Assembly: GCA_028534125.1 (NCBI GenBank)
Contig: CM052816.1
Location: forward strand, 92,072,001-92,136,000
Direction: 5' to 3'
DNA: 64,000 nt
Origin: Lama glama
Taxonomy: Eukaryota
Both the position numbers and the translations under genes were made by a program. How positions within the stretch are numbered: the stretch's first letter is position 1; every line of letters starts with the position of its first letter. Below, in pieces: positions 1 through 12,924 of the stretch. The notes beneath the pieces are model-generated. The model searched no databases, was not told where the DNA came from, and saw only the letters and a list, made by a program, of their open reading frames with translations.

Positions 1-3000
1 ATTAAATACAGTGTGTGATCTAGTTTGGATCCTGGACCAATCCCCCACCCACTCATTTGCTATGAAGGAAATTGGTGGCAAAAAAACAAATAAAGCTTTC
101 CAAGAGAAAACTCTGCAAAAGATGTTGTTTGTATTATTTTATTTCCTACTGTAAACACAAGAATCAAAACTCCAGTCTATAGAATCCACCAAGACCAGGG
201 ATATTTATATTAATAATTCTATATAGGTTGCCTAAATCTAGAACTTTATGGAGATGAATAAAAGAAACTATAGAAAATGACCAAGTTCATATTTTGTGAA
301 AACCATAATCAGTTTCTTAAATATGGTTTCAAGGCATGCTGACATTTTGCAATATTAGCAAATGTATTGTTGAGTGTTGCTAATATTTCCTTTGCTTCTG
401 GGCCCTTCTCACATTCAGATAGGCAGGCATTTTGCACCATTGCCTCCCAGAAGTGGAGCTGCAGTAGGAAGCAGGGATATCAGAGAAGTTTTTCTGATTT
501 CAGAAGCTCCACAGTCAGAGAAAAAGCATGAACAGTAGATTTGAGAGAACGTTTGCTGAAAAAAAGTCCATTTTCTGCTCTATGCTCTTCCCTTCTCCCT
601 TACTACAAATGAGGAAAAAAGTCTTTCTAATCTTTGGAGACAGAAGAGATGATGAGGCACAGCAATGAGAGGCTCGTGGGTCTCCAGGGAGGGGCGTGGA
701 CTTTGCCTTTTTCTTTGCTTCCCAGTTGCGACAGCAAGACCTCAGGTAATGATGGCTGTAGGGACATTTAATCACATGGGGTCCTAGACAAACACAAGTG
801 GTACACAGCCTAGGGTGGAGCATGAACAACTGAAAAATTCCCAAGGCGGGCTGTGGAGGTATCTTCAAGTGATGTCCAGTGCTGTATCCTGCAAACAGTG
901 GCCCTGAAATAACAGGGAGAAGGGCAGAGGCGAGCTGAGCTTGAGGGGCAAGTCAGCAGTAACTTTGGATGGACCTCCAAGGACCAGATGGACAATAGAG
1001 CAGGGGTGATGCTACAGAAGCCAAACGAACAGAAAACCAGTCCCCCCATCCCAGCCTAGTGAAGAACACAACATAGTCCCCTCAGCACGTAGACATACAG
1101 TTATGGAAAAAGAGATAGAAGTGGTGAGATAAGCTTGAATTGTCTGAGATTGAATTTCCACAATGTGATGGAATGAGGGTTCCAAACAGAATTAAATTCA
1201 TTAAAAAAATGGAAGTTAGATTATAGAGCTCTTGAGGTTGTGATCTGAAATTCATACCTTACTGCTAGTAGTCTTTTTAAGTCTTCTGAAATTAGTCTGT
1301 AGTTCCTCTTCATGATGGAACATAACATAAGTTTTATTAGGGCTAAAGAAATAGTGTTGGTTGAGGATAGACCCTATTCAAAGTGCCCTGGGGTGTTCAT
1401 ACCACACATGAGATGCTACAGGATGGCCACATCTAGCTTTAAGCCTGTGTTACAAATCTTAGCAAATAAACCACAGTATATGTGCTCAAAGTATGTCATT
1501 TAAGGACTGAATCTTTGCCAGTTGATTCAATGGAAGGCTTTGCTTTCATCCAAAATTCTATGCAAAATCCTAGCTCTGGCTGTGTTTCCTCATTGCATTT
1601 CTCTCTGATCTCAGAATTCTGTGTCTGCCAGCTGCTTCATTCAGTCTCTTTGTGGGAACCAGTGCTTTCTCTCTCTCTCTCTTTGGCAGCTGTGTTCTCT
1701 CTGTAGGATCATCAGTCTTCTGCAGGCTGTGCTGATAGGATGGGTTTTAAAGCTCTTTTGGCAGAAAAAGTCACTTCCTGCTCTAAGAGAAAGATGAAAG
1801 TGAACCCCACACTGTGCAGAAACATGGTCACCAAGACACTTCCTGCACAGCGTGGTTTGGCTCCCACCACCCCACCATACTTACTCAGAACTTAACTGCC
1901 TCAGCCCTCCTTGACTTGGACCGAATGAGCTGCACCCACTTCTCAGCTGATGTCACATCCATTCAAACCATGGCTATTTCCAAGTATTTGGATCCTCAGC
2001 TTCACAATATTAAGAGTTCAGGTTAGTACTTGCATTTCCCACTGCTGTCTGCATAGGTATTGGTAGGAGACATCCTCAGGCATTGAAATGTGTGTGTCAT
2101 ACATTAAAAAAACAAACTGATGTCAAATCTCTAGTGAAAATCATTCCCTGTAGCTACATTATTGAAAAAGGTGGTACGTTATAGTCACTGATTATTGGAA
2201 TGAGAAGGAAGACACCTGTGTATTCCTGATTCCCACCTGTGACCTGACTAAGTGGGTACAAATTATACAGCCCGTTCAGGATCTGTCTCCTGTTTCCACT
2301 GTACCTAGAAAGCAACCATGGAAATCTTCAAATTGATCTGAGTAACCAAAGGAAACAACGTGTAGCTGTGGGACGAGTCCTAGGGAGAAATCAGGTCACC
2401 TAAATTTCATGCCAGAGCTGCCCATGCAGACCTTCCTTCCTCCTGCCTCCTTACATGCCTGCAGGCATTTGAGGGGTTGGCACTAGACGATTCCACTCCT
2501 GTAAAGACTTTATCCAGCTCCTCTCAAAGTCAGCAGCTTGTGGGGAGTGTGAAAACCCCACTCCCAGAGCACTAGTTCTTTCCTTCAGAGAGCATGTGGT
2601 CTGGAGAAGGGAGAGCCCAGATGGGAGGGATTCCTCTAACTAGTGGGTATGACGCTTTGCTCTGATGGTAAGAACGTCCCACGCTGCTGGACAGCAGACG
2701 CCCCCAGCCACTCACTGTCTGTCCTTTCTTAGTGAGACCTCATGGTGCTCTAGGAGGATCAGGAAGACAGATTCATGACCCAAATGGCAGATGAGAGGAG
2801 AGCACCGACAGCTGTTTTCCACTGAAGTTCGGTCCTTCATTGAGATGCAGTTGGTTTCTGACGCCCCAGCTTAAAACAGAAGGTAATACAGATGTAACTA
2901 AAGCTAGATTCAGAGGCAGCCAGGCAGGGGGGTTGCTGGAGCCCTAAACCTTAAAGAAATGTAGCCAGAGAGAGAATATAATACCCAGCAAACCCTTCTC

Positions 3001-3269
3001 AGAGAACAGGAGATTGAAAGGAAGCATTCTTCGTCTCTACTGTAGATCCAGATCACTTCAGAGAGTTGCACAATCTAGGGACCGGGGCTGAATCAGTCTG
3101 CACCACAGGAAAGAAATTAAGGGCAGCTCCAGTTTTCTCCCATGGAAGGTTTGGCCTCTATTAAAAATATGCATTAACAATTTTTAAAAATTCTGTTTAA
3201 ATGGCACCAATTTATTAACCAACCAGATTCAGCCTAATCAGGGTATACCCACATGCCCATCCCTGCCAT

Positions 3270-3916
3270 GACCTGACAAGTATTATCTTTAAATTGTTAA
3301 TACTTGTTCATCATGAGTTGTCTTCTTCTGTATTGATTTTGATTTTTTAAAATATTACATCAAAATATTACTTATTTTGATTACAAAATATTGTTTATAT
3401 TGATTATTTCGATTTCTGGCACCCTCTTACATTTTTGTGGCTGTTAGTTTCCTGGGGCTGTTGTAAAGAATTACCACACACTGGGCAGCTTAAAACAGTG
3501 GAACCTAGTCTCTCACTGTCCTGGGGGCCAGAAGTCTGAAATCACGGTGTCACCAGGGCCACACTTCCTCCGAAACTTTAGGAGAGAATCCTTCTTGCCT
3601 CCTCCAGTTTCTGGTGGCTCTAGACATTCCTTGGCTTGTGGCTGCATAACTCCAACCTCTTTTTCTGGCCTTTTCCCCTGTGTCTCTCTGTTAAATTGCC
3701 CTCAGCTGTTCTCTAATAAGGACATCTGTTGTTGGAGTTAGGGTGGAAGCTCATCTCGGGATTCCTAATTATACTTGCAAAGATCTTTATGCAAATAAGA
3801 TCACAGTCACAGGTTCCAGGATTGGGGCATGGAATATATCTTTTTGGAGCCATTTGTCAATCCTCTGCAGCACCCAAGGCTAGTACCCCATTTGCCTCAT
3901 CCAAGTCTCAGCTCTG
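3270..3916 (-). mobile_element. hAT-Tip100 DNA transposon fragment (Arthur1/MER69-like), split by an MLT1 LTR
   Basis: 3300-3441 (ttgttcatcatg...ttttaaaatattacatcaaaatatt...ggcaccctcttacatttttg) and 3870-3916 (gcacccaaggc...ttgcctcatccaagtctcagctctg) join into the reverse complement of the recalled Arthur1 5' end. Confidence 0.6.
3442..3869 (-). mobile_element. MaLR solo LTR (MLT1C/D-like)
   Basis: Starts tgttagtttcct...aattaccacacact...cttaaaaca and contains ccagaagtctgaaatc and ttccttggcttgtggc, typical of reverse-strand MLT1. Confidence 0.85.
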
Positions 3917-4241
3917 CCACAAGGATGTGTGTCTCTCGTGGTTTCTATACCATCATTATAGAGTCACGGCTGGTCCTTGCAGGTGATGTGGAATGAGTGC
4001 CTGGACAATAAAACAGTGAAGAGAGCACAGAGAAAGAATGGGGACTTTCTGTGGTCCATCCCCTTCACACAGAGTATGACAGGGAAGAGAAAAAGGATGC
4101 TTTTTTACATGGAAGGCTTTCATAAGTCTTGAAAGTAAATTGTAGAGACGCCACCAAACTTCTGTTATTCTGTTATTATTATTATTCTGTTATTCTTTGG
4201 GTTGTTTCATGCAATTGTATTCGTCCCTGACATATTTTCTC

Positions 4242-4258
4242 ATATATATATATGAGAA

Positions 4259-4289
<31 letters not shown>

Positions 4290-4367
4290 CATATAAATAT
4301 ATACACACATATATATACATATATACACATATATGTGTGTGTATATATATATATACACTCACACACA
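4242..4367. repeat. (TA)n/(CA)n/(TG)n compound microsatellite
   Basis: Directly visible. Confidence 0.95.
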
Positions 4368-5499
4368 AAGCTATTGATTTTTTTTAAGAAAATCACAGCT
4401 GCATGGCTGTTGTAAACTGAAATTCTTAGAGCATGATCTTCTTCCTATGATCATGGGAAAGAGCAAGCTACTTTAAAAACACACATACGCGCACACTTCT
4501 TGAAGCCATATGGAGATTTTATTCACCCAGATAGAAGCCTGGTTTTCTCCTAATTTCCCACAAGGCACTCATTATCTTCAGTAGGACCTATTAGGATGAC
4601 CCTCTCTGACTAAAAGTCATCCCTTACCTTGGCTTTTAAATACATGCTTCTCTCATAACTGCTACAACGGTGTCAAGGAGCTATAAACGTGAATTAGGAC
4701 CATAATCAGTTCTGTTGAACAACCTTCTTTTTTTTTTTTACCTAAAATGTAATTTTGGATAAGTCTGTACATGAGTTTCTACAATATTAAACAAACCATG
4801 AGCATTACCTCAAAAAAGTGCATAAGCTCTGTGTGTTTGGGTAAACTTCTCACATTTAATACATTCAAAAGTTGGCATCATTGGAGCAAATTATTTGCAG
4901 ATTGTGAGACGGGATGAATAATCTGACACCATATGGAGGCTATTTATGAGCCAGAGCAATTTCCACACTGTTGATCATATGTGAGATAATGTAACCGAGG
5001 TGAATTATTAGTTTTCCATTATTTTCTCGGTATATTGCACTTAATGTTTAAATTGAAAAAGCAGTTTTTGAGAAAATCTCTTATACATGTCTCACTATTC
5101 ATTAGTTAAGGGGGAATTATTAGTGTTTGTTATTTTGTGACTTTAACCCCAAACACACTTTCCTTTTCCTGAGTGCCAACGGATAGTTCATAAAGAAAAG
5201 GGCTAAATAACAGAAAGTTGGGTAAACAGCGACTTTTGCTCTTGTAAGTTATTAGAGAACGCACCATGAGGGAAGAGGATGTCAAATAGAAGGTGTGTGA
5301 GAATGGGTGGTTGGGCAGATGGTAGTTACGGAAAATGAGAATTCTGGTTTACCATGTGGTCTTCCACTCAGATGCCTACCCCAACCTTGGCCCTCATGAG
5401 TGCCACGGATGGGAGGCTGGGGTGTCAGCGAACACGGAAAGAGCCTTCAAGGTGCAACAAAATGAACAGTAGGTGTTGAATCACCTAAATGTCTTTTGA

Positions 5500-5920
5500 A
5501 TCAATCGTCCTTCTCCACGTTCAAGACTACATTAGAGGCTGCACTTGATGGTTTTAATACCATTCTAACTGCTCTCCACGCTATGTTAACCCCCTCCAAC
5601 TCCACCCTCACACACTGCCAGATTTATCTTTCCAAAGTGCAGATCTGACCATGTCATACTACTGGTCACAATTTTCCTTTTCTTAGAGCTTCTGATAAGA
5701 TTTTTTTTAAGGCACAACTAGCATAGAACATTGTATTAGTTTCAGGGGTACAACATGATTCGATATTCATATGTATTGTGAAATGATATGACCACAATAA
5801 GTCTAACTGTCATCCATCCAAGATTTTTCAATAGCTCCCTGCAGAGTAAATTTCTCATTCCACAGGATGGCTCACAAGGCCATTCATGGTCTGACTCCAC
5901 CTAGCTTTCCAGGCTGTCTC
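5500..5920 (+). mobile_element. L2 LINE fragment interrupted by an L1 3' end
   Basis: ccacc...cactgccagatttatctttccaaagtgcagatctgaccatgtca and acaggatggctcacaaggccattcatggtctgactccacct resemble the L2 3' region. Confidence 0.65.
5701..5820 (-). mobile_element. 5'-truncated L1 3' end
   Basis: Poly-T then tattagtttcaggggtacaaca...tgtgaaatgat...ccacaataagtcta; TSD aagattttt at 5697-5705 and 5820-5828. Confidence 0.85.
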
Positions 5921-6136
5921 CTACTCCCCTGGACAGACTGAATAGTCAGCAAGTCAGAAGGAGAGTGGAAATATAATTGGAAGTAGTGATGGGAAGTGAG
6001 AGGGCAGAGCTGCCTCCAAACCCTGAGGCACCAGCAGCCCAGGAGAGCACCAGCATCTACATCAGGGCTTTCAGGTGAGGTGGGGAGTGGAGGCACCCAG
6101 TAGTGCAGGGTCTGTCAAGTCTGGAGTTTTTCATAG

Positions 6137-6415
6137 AATTATTTATTTATTTATTTATTGAGTTATTGAGTTATAGTCAATTTACAAAGTGTTGTGTCAA
6201 TTTCTGGTGTACAGCACAATTTTTCAGTCATACATGAATATACATATATTCATTTTCATATTCTTTTTCACAGTGAGCTACTATAAGATCTTACATATAT
6301 ATTTCCCTGTGCTATGCAGTATAAACTTGTTTATCTATTCTGTATATACCTGTCAGTATCTACAAATCTTGAACTCCCAGTCTGTCCCTTTCCACCCCTC
6401 TTCCCACTGGTAACC
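6137..6415 (-). mobile_element. Young 5'-truncated L1 3' end
   Basis: (TTTA)n tail, ttattgagttatagtcaatttaca...ttccctgtgctat...cccactggtaacc; flanked by tttttcatag on both sides. Confidence 0.9.
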
Positions 6416-6430
6416 TTTTTCATAGCAAAT

Positions 6431-6432
6431 AT

Positions 6433-6483
<51 letters not shown>

Positions 6484-6486
6484 TTT
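6431..6486. repeat. (ATTT)n microsatellite bracketed by a 19-bp direct repeat
   Basis: ttttcatagcaaatattta at 6417-6435 and 6484-6502. Confidence 0.95.
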
Positions 6487-6818
6487 TCATAGCAAATATT
6501 TAACCCTTGCAGGGACTTATCTTAAACTTTGATGCCACACAAATGCTGTATCTCTTTTCTTAACTCTATATTTGAAAAAGACAGCAGGTGTCAAACTGCT
6601 CTTCCCTTTTGGAACAAAGCTTCAACACTGATTGAGCTCCTGTGAGTTGCGGGTACTGACACAGGAACTGAGATGGATTGAGGTGCAGCCCCTCCGCTTA
6701 AGGAGCTCACAATCAGGACCTTTAAAAGCTTCAGATTTGCAATGAGAATTTCACTGACTGCAGATATTTGTGGTTCAGTACCTCCTATCAGTCTCGTATA
6801 GCCAAAATCCTGGCCAAG

Positions 6819-6842
6819 GAGAGAGAGAGAGAGAGAGAGAGA
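6819..6842. repeat. (GA)n microsatellite
   Basis: Directly visible. Confidence 0.95.
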
Positions 6843-7227
6843 CTGGATGTGATGAAAAGAACGTATTGTTCTGTAGAGAAAGTTTAATGAATGAGGCAGT
6901 TTCTGGAACACAGAAGAGAGACAGAACAGGACACGCAGGCTGTGCTGGTCTCAGCAAGAAGTTTCTGGCAGGCAGCACGCATCATCATTTCTACCTCTTG
7001 GAGTCCGTCTTCACGTGAGTTTCAACTTTAGAGTAAGAAGCTATTTGAGACATTTAATTGGTCCTACATCTCTGAAACCCTTACAATCAGGCCCACAGCT
7101 TGATCTTCATCATACCTGCCCTGTGTCTGTAGGAGATGAGAGACAACATAAAAGCTGGCATTGGAGCCTGTTGGCTGTCCATGCATGTTCTTAAGTGAAC
7201 ATTTGTTCATATGTAGTATAAGCCAGT

Positions 7228-7745
7228 TGTTATAGTCAGTTGTCTAATGCTGTGTAACAACCTATGCCCAATCTTAATGGCTTGCTACACAGGGTTTACT
7301 TTTCTTGGTTCAAGGCCTGAGGATTGACTGAAGTAGCTTTGCTTTGCACTGGTGTTCAGCTGGATTTGGCCTCAGGTCAGTTTCATATCTGTCCCACTTG
7401 TCTCATTCTGAAAACCAGGCTGTAGATCAGTAACTAGCAGGAAAATCTCTTCTAATAGCAATCTTGTGGGCGCAGAAGTAAGTTTGTTTATTTATCCATT
7501 TATTTAATAATATATACTTATTTATAAAAATATACAATAAAATAAAACATTTATCATTATATTATTTATGTATTATCATGAACTACTGATTTAATACCTC
7601 TATTAACATCACATTCATTTGCTTACATTCCATTAGCCAAAGCAAGACACATGGCCAAGCCTAAAGTCATGGGGATAGGAAATACAGCTATCCCAGTGGG
7701 AGGGTATAGTATAAGTGCCTGACATTAAACTTTTTGATTATAATA
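7228..7745 (-). mobile_element. MaLR LTR (old MLT1, H/J/K-like)
   Basis: tgttatagtcagttgtctaatgctgtgtaacaa...; cattccattagccaaagcaagacacatggccaagccta...ggaaataca. Confidence 0.75.
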
Positions 7746-7769
7746 CAAGTATATAATATAATTAAGCTT

Positions 7770-8320
7770 TTGATTGCCAGAGCATCCGTTTCAGAGACAT
7801 ATTGCCCATTATATGACAGAGCTACTAGTAAAACAATTCAATAAGAAACAAGTTGCCCCATGATGTTCCCCTTTTAGAAAGCCTTGGGTAATCTAGATAA
7901 CTGACTACTTGAGTGACCCACTCTCTCCCTTCTCATACCTTAATTGCTGCTTTTATGTTTTAAATTTGCCAGTAGTGAGCCCATGTAACCACGGGCTCCC
8001 CACCCATAGCAGAGCCCCCAGTCTGCACGCTCTTTCTCTCTACCTGCAGCTTCACTGTGTGACCTTTGGATGTGCCATATATCCTCCAGGATTGTGAGTA
8101 ATAATTTATTTTCAAAATTTCCTGGTGGTTGTTGCTTTGGTGCATCTTGCAATCATAATAAAAACCACAAGGGCCAATCTAGACGCAACACTGGTTCTCT
8201 TCCTGGAAATGTGTGTTCGACTCTCAACAAGTAGACTGGCCCAGGTGAGCACCCCAGGCGTTCTTAGCCAATAGCATCACTACTGATAGGCTGAAACTGA
8301 CACAAAACAGAGGGAGAGGT
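7770..8320 (+). mobile_element. ERVL-class LTR fragment (MER73/MER74/MER54 group)
   Basis: LTR-like body gagccccc...ctctttctctct...gtgagtaataa...cttgcaatcataataaaaaccacaagggcc...gactggcccagg. Confidence 0.5.
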
Positions 8321-8329
8321 TAGTGAAGA

Positions 8330-8645
8330 GGCATGGAACCATATGCCTCCTATCATACCAGATGAGGCCACAGCCTTTGTAATTCCTAGGGTTGCCCTAC
8401 TGACCAAATGTTACAGACACTGGCTCTCCCGATGTCCTGCCCTACACATGCACTTCATCCCGTGTTACCACTGGGGATGTGAATCACCATGATGTTACTG
8501 CACGCCATAGGTTACCAGGGTGCTGGTCCCCCTCCCCTTGCCTCTGCAACAGGGTTATTCAAGCCCTCACTCAGTATTAATGGTTACCCAATCCCAGAAA
8601 CACATTTTGAGGGTCTGTTTCCTAAAACTACTCCTGGTACCAATT
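8330..8645 (-). mobile_element. ERVL internal 5' region (ERV3-16A3-like)
   Basis: Reverse strand begins aattggtaccaggagtagttttaggaaacagaccctcaaaatg, the recalled PBS-adjacent start of ERVL internal sequence. Confidence 0.65.
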
Positions 8646-10129
8646 ATATTGTCAGACTCAGAAAATAATGTTATACTTGGTTTATGGTCTTAGTACTTCA
8701 TGAGACATCATAGTGAATATTCAGATTTTATACATCCCATTGATATCTTAAAAAAATACACCCAACCTTTCTGTAAATCTCACCATTCAACAAATACATA
8801 CAAAATTTTTGACATTATTCCCTTCTTAGGATCTTTGCAACAGATATTGAAAATCCTCAAGATTGTTAAGAGTTTTAAAGACACAGGCTTACATTATGCA
8901 AATTCTGTAGATTTGGTGCTAGTCAAAAATTGTGTCCATGAGGAACTGCAAAATGGAATATATCTAAAAGCATAGTAATAATTGAAAAATCCAGTCTACT
9001 AATTTCAGCTGTAGTAGACACTCACCAATCTCCCAAGAATGTTATCAATACATCATCTTTATTAAAAGAAACAATAGAAGATAGAGGATATTTTGCTGGT
9101 AAAAATGAGGATTGAGAAAAAAGATCTACAAAAACATTATTGGAGATCTCATCACTCACTGCTTTAGGAAGAAATGAGAATAAAAGCTAGGCTCAAAAAA
9201 AAATCCCTTAACTTGTCAACCAATTAATTTCTTTTGTATCATATCTTAGATTTTTTTAAGTACAAAACGTAGGTGTCTCTTTTAGATAAACTTAAAGCAT
9301 TAAAAACAACCATGAAAATATGCTTTCTTACATCAAGCAACTACTAATTAGAAGTATTTGTTTCCTACCCAAAGAGGTGTCCTGGGAATGACAAGTGAGA
9401 TTATCTGCGAAGGAAAATGTGATTACCACGTCTGATGATGAGGAGACACGGTCCACGTTTAATTTGCCATCTGTTTGCTCTAACAGACCGGACACCTTAA
9501 AAGTCTTCAAAATACCCACATGCAAGCAAAATATATTATGTTATCATCTGCCTGGTGATAAACTCATTATTTGCACTTGGTGCTGAAATGTCTCTCCTTA
9601 AGGAAAAGGATTTAGAGAGCCCTGGAGCATGAATCCGGTGCTAAGCAGCATTGACGGACAGGGAGAACAGAAGTCGTCTTCACACAGTGATGCTGCCTGT
9701 CCTATCTGGGAGGGCCTGGGGACTCCCGACTGGCTCTGTTCTGCCCTAATTCTAGCTTCAGGTAAAGCTAGAAACACATATTCCCCAGTCCCCTGCAGGG
9801 ACTGGATGATAAAGGAGTTGGATGACTCTCCACACTCAGGCATGACGGATGAACAGACACTGGCTACAGAGGAGAAGCGCAGACCTGGCTGGGAGAACTA
9901 CATGCAACAATTGATACAGTTTCAAATTTCCTGGACAGCTTTTCCCATCCACCCCAACAAATATTTCTTCTTGGGGATCAGCTATAAAACTCTTACAAGA
10001 GACGCAATGTATATAGCAGGTCGAGTCCAAGTTCAGAGACTTTATTTTCCATGGCTCAGCGTAGTTTCATTTTGAACCTCCCTTCAGAGGGATGGCAGGA
10101 AACGAATCCAATTTCCTTAGGGTTAATGC

Positions 10130-10230
10130 TGGGTAACTGTAAATTCTGGTTTGCCTGGGATGGTCCTGGCTTATGCTGGTTATCCTATAAGAACTCTCAA
10201 ATGTGTCCTGGCAGCCATATGTAACCACTC
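10130..10230 (-). mobile_element. hAT-Blackjack MITE (MER94-like)
   Basis: gggtaactgtaaattctggtttgcctgggatggtcctggcttatgctg...ctctcaaatgtgtcc. Confidence 0.65.
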
Positions 10231-10349
10231 TGGTAAGTCACTCCCCAAACCCCAGGTCATCTCAAAGTTCCTAGAGGCCTTACATGCTTTGGTGTAGGAG
10301 AATGGGACAGGGGTTTGATCACTAAATTATATAAGTGTCCTCAGAAATG

Positions 10350-10785
10350 CCCATCATTTGGCCTGTGTAGGTAAGCAGATCAAGGGGCTGGGACTTTCTG
10401 CCAACTCTCTGCCATGCTTGGGGATGGTGTCTTTTCAAATATGTCCACGTCCTGATGTGGAGATGCTGACCTTCCCCTCTGGGGAGTACAGCTGCCCTAA
10501 GCACCCCAGGGCCAGGTACCAGTCAGCTAGGGACAGCTCCTATGGCCCAGAGTCCAGAATATGATTTAAACTAGTCAATCCTAATCCTGTTTGCCCTACC
10601 TTACCCGCTTTCTCCAGGAAACCCACAATAAATGTTTTTACCCCACTTCTCCGCACTCTGTCTGCATCCTGACTGACCCTATGTGGTCCCCCATGGTATG
10701 GTGTGTCTTCTCAATGGCCATTGTCTCCTAATCTATTTGCTTTATTATAGCTCAAATCTTCTATTAATACACCAGATTTTAAAAC
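10350..10785 (+). mobile_element. ERVL solo LTR (MER74/MER88-like)
   Basis: ccagggccaggtaccagtcagctagggacagc...aaactagtcaatcctaa...gaaacccacaataaa...ttctattaatacaccagattttaaaaca. Confidence 0.75.
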
Positions 10786-11873
10786 ACTCCTTTCTTCCTT
10801 CCTCCGACCAGGGGCATCTTTTGTAGTTTTGCAAATTTAGAAGGAAGCTCCACTTTCCTCCTGCTCTTGGTCAAATATTTTGTCTGAATACCATGCCCCA
10901 ACCATTAAATGTCAGAGATCATGGGTCTTTCTTGCTCTCAGCCTTGTCTATAGGCCTAATCTTTTTTTTTTCCTAATGTAAAGAGGGGAAAAGGAAATCC
11001 TAGGTGAGAAATACAGAGGTTAATACCACAAATATTCTGCTCTCAGGAATGTGAATCTTCTCCAAAGACAGTTCCGAAAGGAGCAGACCCCATGAAAGAG
11101 CTGCACAGGAAATGGACATAAGAAAAATCTATAAAGTTCATAAGAAATAAAAGGCTTACAGGAAGCAGGCTGTGGCTGAAGGTGACCTTAAGGACTTATG
11201 TGGCAAAGAGGACCATCAAAAGTTCAGTAAATTGATCAAAATGCACACATCATGGGATTTCTGAGTGTAGACTATTTTTAAAAGAACTAGTTTCTCCTGC
11301 GCTCCAGCTTGGAGAAGAAGTCTGTGATTAAAAGTAAATTCTGCCACACTAATGTTGACTTCTGAATACCAAAAAGTTCTTTAAAAGCCTTTGGGTATAA
11401 AATTAGAAGAAAGAAGCATAAAAAGGGCTATTCTAAGTACATGTGTGTTTTTCCATCCCCCCGCCACCCCACCCCAGTAAACTTATATTGAGTAGTTCAT
11501 TTAATAGAAGCTTTCTTGAAAACTGCAGCCCATGCAGTAAGGTTTGTTTTACATGGGTCAATAATATGGAAGCTTTGATACCTTATGTTGAAACTAGAGC
11601 AGTCAATTAATTCCATGAGTGTGAACTTGGCATCATATCCAATTCACCCTTAAGGGAAAGCTGCCTGCTTTCCAAATACTGGTTTCTAAATAAAATATTT
11701 AGTTCTCTGACTTGAAGTCAAAGCATATTGCTTTAATCCATAAAGCATGAGGTGAAAATTCTATTCTCTGTCCTCTTGTTGCTCCTAAAGGATTCCTGGA
11801 CAAAATTTGGCTTCAGAAGTGTAGATGGTCTAACCCTTTGCAGAGAGATGGATGCTCATCTTGCTCAGACTTC

Positions 11874-12245
11874 ATGTTAGTCAGGAAATGATGGGTTATG
11901 CTGCAGTAACAAACAATTCAAAATCTTAGTGGCCCAAAGCAAAAATAGATTTATTTCTCCCTCATCCAATATTTCCATCAAGGATTGGCAGTAGTGTTCT
12001 GTTTCGCATAATTTCTCAGTGATCCATGGTGACGGAAAAGCCACATTTCAAATCTTGCTTCCTTCTGTGCCAGAGAGAAAAAATATTTGGAGAACCTTGA
12101 ACCTGCTAGTGCATACTCCAATACACATCTCCTTGGCCAATGTGGGTCTCATGACCCTGCTTAAGTATGACAGGCCAGAAATTCAATCTTTAAGAGTCCA
12201 GGAGAAGATAACTGGATTATGGGGAGTTATCCCAATGACCACCAG
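11874..12245 (-). mobile_element. MaLR LTR (MLT1J-like)
   Basis: tgttagtcagg...ggttatgctgcagtaacaaacaattcaaaatcttagtggc...tttatttctc. Confidence 0.8.
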
Positions 12246-12449
12246 AAGTCTCTTTGAAAGAGGCAACTTGAACTATGCAAATGCATGCTAGGCCTTGCTG
12301 TCTTGCCTGTGGGGTGGATTCCCTAACTCTTCCAAGGGTCCAAACCACTTTTATTTTACCTTCATTGGTTAATCCTTATTTCCTCTTTTCTTCCATTTTA
12401 GAATCCTCTCTTTAAGAGTTGAGTTTTGGGTGCTGCTGTCCGTCTAATG

Positions 12450-12632
12450 TAGAGGTTTGCACACATGCAATGCACTTTATAACCACCTGGGTAACTTTTA
12501 AAAAAAATGGTAATATCCAAGTGTCATCCAAAATCAATGTCATCAGAGTATTCGGGATATGGAAGCAGCACACAGTCATTAATACTTTTTGAAATCCCCC
12601 AGTGAGTCAAATGTGCATCAGAGGAAGCACTG
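12450..12632. mobile_element. hAT-Charlie MITE (MER5-like)
   Basis: aaccacctgggtaacttttaaaaa...atcagag...ttttgaaatccccc agtgagtcaaatgtgca...agcactg. Confidence 0.65.
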
Positions 12633-12924
12633 TTGCAATGGCTTAAATGAATGGCCTCTGTGTCTGTCTCAGCATTAACACTTCAGAGTCCTCAAGGATG
12701 AAATGCCAAGCCCCTGAACTCAGGTTTCACACATCTGAGCAAGGGGACTTCTGTCCTTATACCCTACAGCGCATTTCTTTTGCAAAAATGATTATACATC
12801 CCAAACATATTCCATCAGATGCCCACAATCGTCCTTCCCACCATGATGCCAAGTTGCCAGAAAACATCAGTTATGTAAGTGAGTAAGAGAGCTAGTTACT
12901 CAAATTTAGAAACTTGAAGTCATC

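Noticed and set aside
4190..4415. I/Y/H-rich ORFs on both strands
   Set aside because: Translation of the (TA)n/(CA)n microsatellite.
9431..9590. ATGATGA...CTGA as a C/D snoRNA, or CTGATGA as a hammerhead core
   Set aside because: No terminal stem, no clear internal C'/D' boxes, and no GAAA/stem II geometry.
9629..10075. 148-aa ATG-initiated ORF
   Set aside because: No recognisable family, promoter or poly-A/TSD signature of a retrogene; cannot be supported without a homology search.
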